Shown one piece after another: positions 7,660 through 16,701 of a DNA stretch of 64,000 bases (the stretch's first letter is position 1; each line of letters opens with the position of its first letter). The stretch is from an uncultured Clostridia bacterium (GTDB lineage Bacteria > Bacillota > Clostridia > Christensenellales > Borkfalkiaceae), in contig CAYURN010000007.1 in the NCBI GenBank assembly GCA_964447305.1, forward strand, positions 15,423 to 79,422. The letters are read 5' to 3'. Both the position numbers and the translations under genes were made by a program. Under the pieces are notes generated by a model that was not told where the DNA came from, made no database searches, and saw nothing but the letters and a program-made list of their open reading frames with translations.

Positions 7660-9150
7660 TCATTGCCCTCTTTTTGAAATTTTAAGCTTGGGATAAGCAA
7701 TTCTGTTGTGGTACACGCCCGACAGAGCAACTGCCACGGTGTGGGAAACAATTGTCAGTTCGCGCATGGTTATGTCGCAATCGGCAAACTGGTCCATATC
7801 CAGCCTCTCTTCCACGATGGAAGTTACAAGCTCCTCCACCGCCTTAGGCGACCTGTCCTTGAGCGAGCGGGAAGCCGCCTCCGACGCGTCGACTATCATG
7901 AGAATGGCAGCTATTTTGCTGCGCGGCGTCGGCCCTGCATAGGAATAGTTGGCTATGTTTATTTCGCCGTCGCTCATGCGCAGAGCCTTGGCATAGAAAT
8001 ATTTTATGGGCATGGTGCCGTGGTGCTGTATGGCACATTCGGCGAAAAATTCGGGTAAGCGGTTCTTGCGGATGAGCTGTGCGCCGTCGCGCGTGTGCGA
8101 GCGGATGATATCCGCCGAAAGTTCGGGCGAAAGCTCGTTGTGCATGTTGTAATCGGACTGATTTTCGGTAAACATTTCGGGATTTTTGAGCTTGCCCATA
8201 TCGTGATAGTAGGCGGCGGCACGGGCGAGTTCGCCGTCTTCGCCGATAGCTATTGCGCAGGTCTGGGCGAGCTGGGCGACCACTATGGAGTGGTTGTAAG
8301 TGCCGGGCGCCTCCTCCCTGAGTTTTTTGATGAGTTTGGAATCGTCGCTGGTCAGTTCGCGCAGACGGAACACGGTGAGTTCGGAGAACAGCACTTCGAA
8401 TATGGGCAAAATCAGCATGTAGCCCATTACGCTGAAGAAACAGCCGAGCGCGCCGTATGCGAGAAGGATGAGATTTGACGAAACATCGACGAAGAGCAGC
8501 TCCATTATGCCGATTATGAGTTCGGCAGGAATGAGCAGGACGATGACCATGAGTATGGCCTGTATTCTTGTTTTCAGCGCAGGCGTTGTGAAGATGACCG
8601 TCATGCCGCCGCAGAAAGTGACCATAAGGTGGACGCAGCTCATCCACATATAATAATTGTTGTTGCCGACAGTAAAATTGATGTCTATTATGAACAGAAT
8701 GAGCGCATAGACTATGTTGAGGAAAACCGCCTCGCGCCTGCCGAGGAGCGTGGCCGCCATGAGTGCAAGCAAGGCGAACGGGCGGGCGTTTATGTCGATT
8801 GTAATGCCTATTATAAACGACAGCAGGAGCGACAAATCGAGCAAGACAAAGCACTCGATTATTTTGGACATGTCGCGCAGAATTTCTGTACACTCAAAGT
8901 AATAATAGGCGTACATCAGCATTGACAAGATTATAACTGCCGAGGCAACAAAGAGAATATTATTGTAATTTTCGACTATATAATCGAGAACTTCTACGCC
9001 GTAATTAACTTCAAGCAACAAAAATATCATTGCCGCCAGAAGTATAATATTCAGCACAAACATCAGCAAGCTCAGGCTAATCGTCTTTTTTGATAGCTTC
9101 TTTTTCATCTTTTTCACCTTTTGTTTCAGCGCGCTCGTAGGCACGGACAA
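7660..9150 (-). CDS. membrane HD/HDIG-domain phosphohydrolase (PgpH/YqfF-like); start uncertain
   Basis: N-terminal multi-TM region followed by an HD domain (YNHSIVVAQLA...AAYYHDMGK). It sits between phoH and ybeY as in Bacillus. The annotated start overlaps phoH by 74 nt; in-frame Met codons at 9108 and 9063 are alternatives. Confidence 0.75.
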   Translation of the reverse strand: MSVPTSALKQKVKKMKKKLSKKTISLSLLMFVLNIILLAAMIFLLLEVNYGVEVLDYIVENYNNILFVASAVIILSMLMYAYYYFECTEILRDMSKIIECFVLLDLSLLLSFIIGITIDINARPFALLALMAATLLGRREAVFLNIVYALILFIIDINFTVGNNNYYMWMSCVHLMVTFCGGMTVIFTTPALKTRIQAILMVIVLLIPAELIIGIMELLFVDVSSNLILLAYGALGCFFSVMGYMLILPIFEVLFSELTVFRLRELTSDDSKLIKKLREEAPGTYNHSIVVAQLAQTCAIAIGEDGELARAAAYYHDMGKLKNPEMFTENQSDYNMHNELSPELSADIIRSHTRDGAQLIRKNRLPEFFAECAIQHHGTMPIKYFYAKALRMSDGEINIANYSYAGPTPRSKIAAILMIVDASEAASRSLKDRSPKAVEELVTSIVEERLDMDQFADCDITMRELTIVSHTVAVALSGVYHNRIAYPKLKISKRGQ

Positions 9151-10069
9151 TATTCATGACCAACGGATTGCGCACTACGTCCTTGGCTGTGAGGTTGATA
9201 ATACCCACGCCGTCTATGCCGCGGAGGATGGCCGTGGACTGGATAAGTCCGCTGCTTTTGCCCTGGGGCAAGTCCACCTGGGTGACGTCGCCCGTTATGA
9301 CCATCTTACTGCCATAACCGAGGCGGGTAAGGAACATCTTCATCTGTTCGACGGTGGTGTTCTGCGCTTCATCGAGTATTATGAACGCGTTTGACAGCGT
9401 TCTGCCGCGCATATAGGCCAAAGGGGCTATTTCGATGGAGCCGCGCTCCATGAGTTTTGTGTATGTTTCGAGGCCGAGCAATTCCTGCAAAGCGTCGTAC
9501 AAGGGCCGAAGATAGGGGTCGACCTTGGTCTGGAGGTCGCCGGGGAGAAAGCCGAGTTTTTCGCCCGCTTCCACCGCGGGGCGGGTGAGTATTATTTTAT
9601 CGACCTGTTTTTGCTTCATGGCCTGAACGGCGAGGCAGACGGCAAGATAGGTCTTGCCCGTACCGGCGGGGCCGACGCCGAACACGACGGTGTTGTTCTT
9701 TATGGAGTCCACATACACCTTTTGGCCGACGGTTTTGCATTTGACGGGCTTGCCGCGCGAGGTTATTGCAACCGTATCTGAGGACAGTTTGGTTATGTCC
9801 GAAGCCTTGCCCTCCTTGGCAAGTTCTATGCAGTAGATGACCCTGCCCTTATCTATCTTTTCGCCGCCGACGGAGAGCAACGCAAGATTTTTTATGACTT
9901 CCGAAGCCTGATGAACAGCCTCGTCCTCGCCCGTTATTACGGCGTCGAGCCCGTCCACGCGTATGCTTACGGGCAGCTCGTGCATGATAGTATTTATGTT
10001 TTCATCGAAATTGCCGAGGACGCGCGATAGTCTGTCCACTCCGCCCAGATTTACTTTTTTTGTCGTCAT
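9077..10069 (-). CDS. phoH: PhoH family ATPase (YbeZ-like)
   Basis: 330 aa with Walker A GPAGTGKT and PhoH signature LTRPAVEAGEKLGFLPGDL. Confidence 0.9.
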   Translation of the reverse strand: MTTKKVNLGGVDRLSRVLGNFDENINTIMHELPVSIRVDGLDAVITGEDEAVHQASEVIKNLALLSVGGEKIDKGRVIYCIELAKEGKASDITKLSSDTVAITSRGKPVKCKTVGQKVYVDSIKNNTVVFGVGPAGTGKTYLAVCLAVQAMKQKQVDKIILTRPAVEAGEKLGFLPGDLQTKVDPYLRPLYDALQELLGLETYTKLMERGSIEIAPLAYMRGRTLSNAFIILDEAQNTTVEQMKMFLTRLGYGSKMVITGDVTQVDLPQGKSSGLIQSTAILRGIDGVGIINLTAKDVVRNPLVMNIVRAYERAETKGEKDEKEAIKKDD

Positions 10070-10084
10070 TAAATCACCGCAAAT

Positions 10085-10978
10085 TTATTGCATGTTTATG
10101 CTTACTGTATGAATATATGTGAAATCGACCGTGTACATAACGCCCTGCGAGGACTGCCTTACGCTGTAAGAGATGATCTCCGCCTCCTGAGAGTAGAGAT
10201 TGACTGCGGCAAGCGCGGCGGTGAGAGCGGTTTGGCTCTCCTCCTCTGCGGCCGACGTGACCGAGGCGCTGACGCGTATGCTGACATAGCCGACGCACAG
10301 GCAGTCTGACGAAGTGCCGTCCGGCAGGGTGTAGCGCGGGGAAATAAGCTCGTCGCCGACGCTGACATAATCGCCCACAGCAAAACACGGAGTGCCGCAG
10401 ACTGCGACTATGGCAGTTATTTCACCCGAAACGGGCGAATAGAGGGGCGTGTACACCGAGGCAGACACCCCGCCTTGGGAACACTCGACGTCGACAATGA
10501 GCGAAGTGCCGCGCTTTTCGACCGAGCAGAACGTGACCAAAGGCAGAGCCATTACATCGGCGATGAACACCCGTTTATCCAGACCGCGGTAGAACCTGCC
10601 CTCTCCCACTCCCTGGTCGTTGAGAAGGGACACTATCTGGGAAGACAGATAGGAGCCGCTGCCGACGACTTCGATTTTAAAGACCATGCACTGCGCGAGC
10701 GCAACGGCGGCGGCAAAGAGCGCGCAGCCGACGCACAGACCCGCACGCGAGAGTGCGCGCACGGCGGCAGAATACAGAGCGCCGTATTTTACTACACATA
10801 CATTATAACACGGGTGAGTAAAAATTGCAAAAACTTTTTGTATAGTTTTGCCTTTGACGAAAAAAGTTGTGGTTGCGCCCTTTTTTTTGAGAGTATAGAG
10901 GGCGATATTTGCCTTTGAAAGTTTTTTTATTACAGTTTCCGGCGGGGCGGTGACGGAAATCATGGCCAGATTATTCAA
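10085..10978 (-). CDS. yqfD: sporulation protein YqfD
   Basis: 297 aa with one central TM helix. It lies downstream of yqfC and upstream of phoH, the conserved yqfC-yqfD-phoH order of endospore formers. Confidence 0.7.
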   Translation of the reverse strand: MNNLAMISVTAPPETVIKKLSKANIALYTLKKKGATTTFFVKGKTIQKVFAIFTHPCYNVCVVKYGALYSAAVRALSRAGLCVGCALFAAAVALAQCMVFKIEVVGSGSYLSSQIVSLLNDQGVGEGRFYRGLDKRVFIADVMALPLVTFCSVEKRGTSLIVDVECSQGGVSASVYTPLYSPVSGEITAIVAVCGTPCFAVGDYVSVGDELISPRYTLPDGTSSDCLCVGYVSIRVSASVTSAAEEESQTALTAALAAVNLYSQEAEIISYSVRQSSQGVMYTVDFTYIHTVSINMQ

Positions 10979-11216
10979 TTGCTACCCCCCTCACTCTGCC
11001 CGAAACAAACAAATCGCCCTCATAAAAGCGGCCGACGCACAGACCTTCGCCCGTGACGGCGACGGTCATTTTGCCGACGGTGAGCAGTATTTTTTGTTCG
11101 GAATATTCATTTACCCCCTTTACGCCCCTGAAATAACAGCCGAAATCCGGCACGATGGTGACGGCGTAGAGCATGTCGGCCCCGGCGGCGCTCAATACTT
11201 CATGCAAAAATTCCAT
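10971..11216 (-). CDS. yqfC: YabP/YqfC family sporulation protein
   Basis: 81 aa, small beta-rich protein overlapping the yqfD start by 8 nt. Call rests on synteny. Confidence 0.65.
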   Translation of the reverse strand: MEFLHEVLSAAGADMLYAVTIVPDFGCYFRGVKGVNEYSEQKILLTVGKMTVAVTGEGLCVGRFYEGDLFVSGRVRGVAIE

Positions 11217-11371
11217 ACACTAATTTATGCAATTGCCCGCCATAACATGCGGAGAGCGCAGTTCCGACAAAAAAAGATGTATGACGGCGGCTTTCTGCCT
11301 TTTTTTTGCGGCCGCACAACTTACAATAAAAAAAACGATCAAGGCGGCACGCAATGCCGCAAGGTGGTAAT

Positions 11372-12103
11372 ATGGCCAAAAAAATTTATTTTGCCTCGGC
11401 CGGGGGCGGCGCGGGCGCGACGACATGCGCCGTAGGCGTTGGGCTTGCACTGTCGGACGCGGGCGAACGGGTGCTGATTGTGGACGGCGACGCGCGCTAT
11501 CCCGCGGCGCTGAACATAGCAGGCTGCGCAGGCTTGCAGGTGTATTCGCTGGAGGAGGCGCGGCGGGGCGCATGCCGCGCAAGGCAGACGATAGTAGAAC
11601 ACCCGCGCTCGCCCAATCTGTACATAATGCCGTGCGCAGGCTGTGCCGAGAGGAAATACCCCGCGGCGGCCGTGAAAGAAGTTGAGAGCGCCTTTGACTA
11701 TGTGCTGTGCGACAGGGCGGCAAGGGACGCCTGCACACAGGCGGCGGTGGTGTGCCAACCATACCCGCTCAGCCTGAAAGGTGCGGATATATGCCTCAAC
11801 GAACTGCATGACGACGCGATTGCCGATGTCGGCGTGATAGTAAACAAAGTTAACGGCGGACTGATTTATGACGGCAAAATAATGACGCCGAAGGACATAG
11901 CGGGACTGCTGCACATTCCGCTTTGGGGAGTTATTCCCGAAGATCTGGGAATGCCGTTGGGCAGTATGCGCGCGGACAGCGTGAAGGCGTTCAGGATGAC
12001 GGCGGCGCGCATTGCGGGAAGATCGGACAGAGTTTATTCGCCTGCCGTTAAATATTTTGGCGCGGGCGGATATATAAAACGTAAAATGAGGGAAAGAATA
12101 TGA
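11372..12103 (+). CDS. MinD/ParA-like protein with degenerate Walker A (probable pseudo-ATPase)
   Basis: Aligns by eye to MinD: IYFASAGGGAGATT...VLIVDGD versus IVITSGKGGVGKTT...VCLVDTD, and DYVLCD versus the DYVIID Walker B. It has a basic amphipathic C-terminus (YFGAGGYIKRKMRERI). Start chosen at the ATG 11372 after AAGGTGG; the ORF track begins at 11354. Confidence 0.65.
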   Translation: MAKKIYFASAGGGAGATTCAVGVGLALSDAGERVLIVDGDARYPAALNIAGCAGLQVYSLEEARRGACRARQTIVEHPRSPNLYIMPCAGCAERKYPAAAVKEVESAFDYVLCDRAARDACTQAAVVCQPYPLSLKGADICLNELHDDAIADVGVIVNKVNGGLIYDGKIMTPKDIAGLLHIPLWGVIPEDLGMPLGSMRADSVKAFRMTAARIAGRSDRVYSPAVKYFGAGGYIKRKMRERI

Positions 12104-12312
12104 ATGGAAACATGGCTGAAAACATTGTATTTGACCGTGAGGAGATGACCGACGGAGAGAAACAGCTGTTTTTGAGGGACTTTAAAAGGGTGTGCGACGA
12201 ATACTTCGAGTGCGAGGACAAACCCGACATCAACGTTACTCATACGGCAGACGGATTTTCCGTGTGCATAATCTTTTTTGCCAGAAGAATAAAGCGCTTC
12301 AAAAAGATATGA
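12100..12312 (+). CDS. small protein, weakly MinE-like (topological-specificity-domain-like)
   Basis: 70 aa with an ATGA overlap onto the MinD-like stop. The segment KQLFLRDFKRVCDEYFECEDKPDINV resembles the MinE C-terminal beta-alpha-beta region. No MinE N-terminal membrane or MinD-binding helix is recognisable. Confidence 0.35.
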   Translation: MNGNMAENIVFDREEMTDGEKQLFLRDFKRVCDEYFECEDKPDINVTHTADGFSVCIIFFARRIKRFKKI

Positions 12313-12336
12313 TTGCATTTTTTTAAGACGCAGTAT

Positions 12337-12379
12337 GCGCAGGGCGCGCGGGCGGCAATGCCGCCCGCGCGCCCTGCGC
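12337..12379. terminator. bidirectional GC hairpin
   Basis: 19-bp stem GCGCAGGGCGCGCGGGCGG / CCGCCCGCGCGCCCTGCGC with loop CAAT, followed by TTT, between convergent genes. Confidence 0.75.
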
Positions 12380-12425
12380 TTTAAATATCGCCGCCGAAGC
12401 CCCAGGCAAAGCTGAGAAACAGCGG

Positions 12426-13772
12426 CTAATTGCCCGAAAGCAGACTGCACACGGCCTGAAGCTCTTCATCGCCGTAAGTTATCGACCATTTTGTTTTGAC
12501 CGTATTGCAGTCTTCATTTACGCCTATACCTACATCGTGAATACACGTTTCGTTATCGGGCCATAATATCCTTGCAACGGTCAGTTTGAGCGCCTCGCCC
12601 GTAACAAAATAAGTATAAGTGGACTGCATGATGCCCTTGCCGTAGGTGCGGCAGTTTTTATCCGCCGTGCCTGTGGCGTTGAGATAGACCTGCTCAAAGT
12701 CGCTGACATAGATATCCGAATAATCAATCACGCCGTTAGAGATCAAAGCACCGATCAGAGCTTCGGAAGCGCTGGCCGTGCCGTTGTTGGCGAGAACGGT
12801 AACGGGCGTTCCCGCGGGGAGATAGCAGGACGAATCGCTTGTAAACTTATCGACGTAATAGCCCACGGTGCTGCCGTCCTTGTATTGGGCATACATAGCT
12901 ACGTCGTACGGGCTTTCCAAATCGGCAGTGAACAGATAAGTAAGCGCCTGCATGACGCTGACGAGTCCGCCGCCGTTGCTGCGCAGGTCAAAGATGAGCG
13001 AAGTACAGCCCGACGCATTGAACTGCTTGATGAGCGCCGCCATTTCGTTGGCGGCATTGCCGTAGAATTGTGAGAGCTTGATATACGCGGTGCCTTCAGG
13101 GAGATAGGAATAGGCATTGCTTTCAATATATTCGACGGTCATGCTGGACGACGAATCGTAACTTATGCTCCACTCCCCTTCGTTTGTAGCCATGAAGCAG
13201 TAACTCATGACATACTCCGCCTTTGCCATTGTGAATGCGCCGTGGTCGGTTATTAAGGTAAAATATTCGCCGTCGTCAAAGCTTTCAAGAAATTCCGATA
13301 AACTGCTGTTGTCCGCTATTTCGACAACGGTGCCGTCAGCCGCAATACCGTCCGTGATGAACATGCCGGGGCGCAGGCCGCTTTTATATGCAGGGGAATT
13401 GCCGAGTACTGACACTATATATACGCCGCTGCCCATACCGAGTTCTTCGCCGACCGCAGGGGAAATATACTGATAGCTTATGCCTATACCGCTGCGGTTG
13501 CCCGCGTTAGAGGACACGACGGCGCTGTATTCATCCGCCGTGTAATATGCGGAATAGGCGTCGAGTATATCGTCAAGGCCGTCCAGCCCGGCGTTGCGGA
13601 TATCCTCTTCGGATACGTCCCAATAATAATATGCCTGTATTACGGCAACCGCCCAGTCGAGCGTGGAGAAATATATGCCGCAGGAGGCGCTGCAACCGCA
13701 TGTGAACAGCAGAACGAGCGCGAGGCATATATTCAACCCCGAAAGTATAAGTTTTTTTGAGAATTTTTTCAT
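12426..13772 (-). CDS. S41 family C-terminal processing peptidase, lipoprotein
   Basis: 448 aa with signal peptide and lipobox (LLFTCGC). PDZ-like segment GVYIVSVLGNSPAYKSGLRPG, and S41 motifs DLRSNGGG and NNGTASASEA. Confidence 0.8.
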   Translation of the reverse strand: MKKFSKKLILSGLNICLALVLLFTCGCSASCGIYFSTLDWAVAVIQAYYYWDVSEEDIRNAGLDGLDDILDAYSAYYTADEYSAVVSSNAGNRSGIGISYQYISPAVGEELGMGSGVYIVSVLGNSPAYKSGLRPGMFITDGIAADGTVVEIADNSSLSEFLESFDDGEYFTLITDHGAFTMAKAEYVMSYCFMATNEGEWSISYDSSSSMTVEYIESNAYSYLPEGTAYIKLSQFYGNAANEMAALIKQFNASGCTSLIFDLRSNGGGLVSVMQALTYLFTADLESPYDVAMYAQYKDGSTVGYYVDKFTSDSSCYLPAGTPVTVLANNGTASASEALIGALISNGVIDYSDIYVSDFEQVYLNATGTADKNCRTYGKGIMQSTYTYFVTGEALKLTVARILWPDNETCIHDVGIGVNEDCNTVKTKWSITYGDEELQAVCSLLSGN

Positions 13773-13815
13773 CTATAACAACCTTAGATTTATTGTGCCT
13801 GCAGATACTCTATTA

Positions 13816-14136
13816 TCACTTTGCCCTATAGAGGGCGACGAGAATGAGCAGCTCGACGGCGTCGCCGAACGAACAGGGGTCCAGACCTGTAATGGCGCGC
13901 ACTTTGTCAAGGCGATAGTTGAGCGTGTTGCGGTGCATAAAGAGAGCGCGGGCAGTTTTTGAGATGTTGAGGTCGTTTTTGAAAAGGCTGTCGAGCGTGG
14001 ACATAAGTTCCTTATCTTCAAAAATTTTGACGAAATTTTTGAGTTCGTAGCCTTCGAGCAATTTTTCACGAACCGGCTTTTCGAGCGCGCGCGTGAGCGT
14101 GCTCAGAGTGAGGCCGTTGGCCTTTGAACAGGACAT
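13816..14136 (-). CDS. small PucR-type helix-turn-helix protein (106 aa)
   Basis: C-terminal HTH segment KTARALFMHRNTLNYRLDKVRAITGLD. Start moved to the ATG at 14136, which is preceded by AGGAGG with an 8-nt spacer. The 154-aa version in the ORF track has no RBS. Confidence 0.65.
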   Translation of the reverse strand: MSCSKANGLTLSTLTRALEKPVREKLLEGYELKNFVKIFEDKELMSTLDSLFKNDLNISKTARALFMHRNTLNYRLDKVRAITGLDPCSFGDAVELLILVALYRAK

Positions 14137-14429
14137 GAGATTTAACCTCCTTTGAATTTGATATATGCGCCTTTGTTGCGGCGGTATATGAAAGACTTTT
14201 TCGCAGACGATAATTTTATGCTTAACCGGCGAACTGCCGTGCGCTGATAGTATTATACTATAATCGAGAAAAAATTTCAACAGCTTTTAGATAAGAACCA
14301 TGTGAAATAACTTTACCGCTCACACGGGCGCAAACGGCGATTTTGCCATTTAAAACCGCGCAAGGCACACACGAACTGCAAAAGCTTTACAAAATAGTGT
14401 GGTCAAACAACAAAATTTTCATATTGACC

Positions 14430-14458
14430 TTGACATATTATTATTTTTGTATTAAAAT
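14430..14458 (+). promoter_or_regulatory. promoter TTGACA-17-TAAAAT
   Basis: TTGACA at 14430-14435 and TAAAAT at 14453-14458. This would give a ~115-nt 5' UTR before the 14581 ATG. Confidence 0.45.
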
Positions 14459-14580
14459 AAATAAAGTAAAAGCGTTAATACCTGACGCGCTTTTACCCGA
14501 TTTGCATAAACAAGGCTTTGACGGGCGCGCTTGCGCAACGGAAGTCTAAGACCCATCAGGAACAGTTACGGAGATTTATT

Positions 14581-16170
14581 ATGACAACAACTGTTAATCA
14601 AGAAAAGAAATCTATAAAGTTTGCCGTCGTGGTGACTTATGCCATAGCGACCGTGATGCTGATAGCGGGTTGGATAATTCCTGCATTTGGTTACGGACAG
14701 GGGCTTGCCGTGGGCGACATGATACTTCTGCTGTATTTGCCCGCCGTTATAAACGCTTTGTTCGGAGGAATAATACCCGAAAGCGTTATTGGCAGCAGAA
14801 CGCTGCCCGACTTCCTTGTTAAGGAGAGCGGATTCAACGCAGCGGCACTGCTGATAGTAATCTACCTTGTAGTGACCGTGCTGGCCATAGTCTTCCTGAT
14901 TCCCGTGCTTACAGGCAAGAAGACAAAGAGAACGAGCTTAGTTACCGCATATATAATAGAGGGCGTATCCCTTGTTGCGTTCGGACTGCTCTTTCTCTTT
15001 ACGGCATGGGATGTAGATTTGTACACCACCGTTACAGGATTTTTGAATATATCCATCATTTCCGCAGCCATACTGATACTGCTGTTTATACAGTGTATCT
15101 TTGAAAAGGGCTCTTACGGAGTGATAAAGATGTTCCTGTTCCTTATGTCCTACCTTGCATTCATGTTTGCGATGTTCAAAATCGACGACTGGCTCGATTT
15201 GGTGCTGACGGCAATGGGTGCAGAGAGCGCATGGGAGAACGCATTAGCCACGATAAACGTAGGCCCCGGCCTGTTCAACGGCACGGGCGGACTTGCAACA
15301 ATAAAAGCTTTTGTCGACGGCCAGGCGGTAGTAAGTTCGGAATACACTTCATATCTCAACTTAATAAACGTCTGCACGATAATATTGTTCTTTATCCTGT
15401 TGCTGAACGTAATATTAGACTTTGCAGGACTTGTATCGGGCAGCCAGTGTGACAAAGACGGTTACCTCCTCCCCCACACCAAAGGTAAGATTTTCGGCAT
15501 AGTAAGGAACGGCATACCCCTGCTGCTGCTTATAATAATGCTTATAAGTCTGGTAATAGACCCTGCAAAAGTCGGCATGTGCATATACTTTGCCATACTG
15601 TTCGTATCGGTCGGACTTGAATTGGATGTAATAAGGCTGGCGCTTGTGCCTTCGCAGAAGCGCAAGACGGAGGAACAGAGAGAGGCCGACAGGCTTGCCG
15701 CAGAAAAGGCCGCCAAAGAACGGCTGCTTATGGACGAGGATCCCGAACAGTTCTATGCCAAGGCAGGCAAAGCTCCTGAAAATCAGCCCATTGCGGAAAA
15801 TCTGCCCGAAATGCACATACCCGAAATGCGCAACGACAGCGGCGAACAGCTTTTAATAAACACCATACCTTTAGAGGAGCCTGAAGAGGAACCCAAGGCC
15901 GAGCCGATAGTATATACGCCCAGACCTTTGATTTACAACGGGCCGACGGATGAATTTATTGATACGCTGGCAACCGAAGAGAAGATTGAGTTCAGCAAGG
16001 CCTTCCTTGACAAGACAAAGGGCGACCTGCCCACCGATATGCCTGAATATGAGTTGGGCGGAAATAACGAGGAGTTCTTCCTTGCGATATTCATGAACCT
16101 CGGCAAATTCAGAACTATACTTTCTGCAAAGCTGTTGAGAAAGGTATATAAGTATCTGAACGACAAATAA
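14581..16170 (+). CDS. hypothetical membrane protein with long acidic cytoplasmic tail (529 aa)
   Basis: Start set at ATG 14581 (MTTTVNQEKK), preceded by ACGGAG. About 10 hydrophobic helices are followed by a charged, E/P-rich C-terminal ~170 aa. No family recognised. Confidence 0.55.
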   Translation: MTTTVNQEKKSIKFAVVVTYAIATVMLIAGWIIPAFGYGQGLAVGDMILLLYLPAVINALFGGIIPESVIGSRTLPDFLVKESGFNAAALLIVIYLVVTVLAIVFLIPVLTGKKTKRTSLVTAYIIEGVSLVAFGLLFLFTAWDVDLYTTVTGFLNISIISAAILILLFIQCIFEKGSYGVIKMFLFLMSYLAFMFAMFKIDDWLDLVLTAMGAESAWENALATINVGPGLFNGTGGLATIKAFVDGQAVVSSEYTSYLNLINVCTIILFFILLLNVILDFAGLVSGSQCDKDGYLLPHTKGKIFGIVRNGIPLLLLIIMLISLVIDPAKVGMCIYFAILFVSVGLELDVIRLALVPSQKRKTEEQREADRLAAEKAAKERLLMDEDPEQFYAKAGKAPENQPIAENLPEMHIPEMRNDSGEQLLINTIPLEEPEEEPKAEPIVYTPRPLIYNGPTDEFIDTLATEEKIEFSKAFLDKTKGDLPTDMPEYELGGNNEEFFLAIFMNLGKFRTILSAKLLRKVYKYLNDK

Positions 16171-16185
16171 TGACATAAAACCAAA

Positions 16186-16213
16186 GCGCCGCAGCTTAAA
16201 AAAGCTGCGGCGC
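16186..16213 (+). terminator. rho-independent terminator
   Basis: Stem GCGCCGCAGCTT / AAGCTGCGGCGC followed by ATGTTTT. Confidence 0.7.
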
Positions 16214-16224
16214 ATGTTTTGACA

Positions 16225-16268
16225 ATATTGACGCAGGCGGCGCATTTTGCGCCGCCTGCGTCAATATT
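16225..16268. terminator. second long hairpin between convergent genes
   Basis: Near-perfect palindrome AATATTGACGCAGGCGGCGCA TTTT GCGCCGCCTGCGTCAATATT. Confidence 0.6.
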
Positions 16269-16326
16269 ATAAGAAGAATATCGGATGAGCAATATTGATA
16301 ATTTGTACCGGATAAGGCCAGACCTT

Positions 16327-16701
16327 TTACAACTTCGGACCGTTGATTTTTATTTTTGCAGTGACGGCGCCGCCTTCAAAGGAAATATTGCCGCCGCAGA
16401 CAACGTTTACAATGTACAGCCCCCTGCCGCTTTCGGCAAGCGAGTCGGGCAAATCGGGACAGAGTTTAAAGGACTTTCCTCCTGCAGACGACACGGTTAT
16501 GACTATGGCGTCCCCTTCCACCCCGCCGCAGAAACTGGCCAGAACGCCGCAATGGCGTATGACGTTTGATATGAGTTCGCACCCGACAAGACGGCCGTAG
16601 AATACATCGTCGTCGTCGATTCCGCAGGCGCGGAGATATTCGACAAAGTTTTGCAATGACGAGTGCATATCCTTTAAGTTGTCTACGTTAAAGGTCATCA
16701 T
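16327..16701 (-). CDS. HATPase_c-like anti-sigma regulatory factor (RsbW/SpoIIAB-like, 124 aa)
   Basis: N-box-like ELISNVIRH and G2-like ESGRGLYIV. The DxGxG G1 box is not evident (VSSAGGKSF). It overlaps the sigma gene stop by 4 nt. Confidence 0.55.
   Translation of the reverse strand: MMTFNVDNLKDMHSSLQNFVEYLRACGIDDDDVFYGRLVGCELISNVIRHCGVLASFCGGVEGDAIVITVSSAGGKSFKLCPDLPDSLAESGRGLYIVNVVCGGNISFEGGAVTAKIKINGPKL

Noticed and set aside
7844-8893. 349-aa minus-strand ORF inside the HD-domain gene
   Set aside because: It is an alternative frame of the same strand, extremely Arg/His-rich (RRRRTRPCRRLLSRY...), with no motifs. The HD-domain frame carries the conserved HD and TM features.
11220-11914. 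Two long minus-strand ORFs (180 and 191 aa) opposite the MinD-like gene
   Set aside because: Their Arg/Pro/Ala-rich composition is typical of antisense frames in GC-rich coding DNA. They have no RBS or motifs, whereas the plus-strand frame is colinear with MinD.
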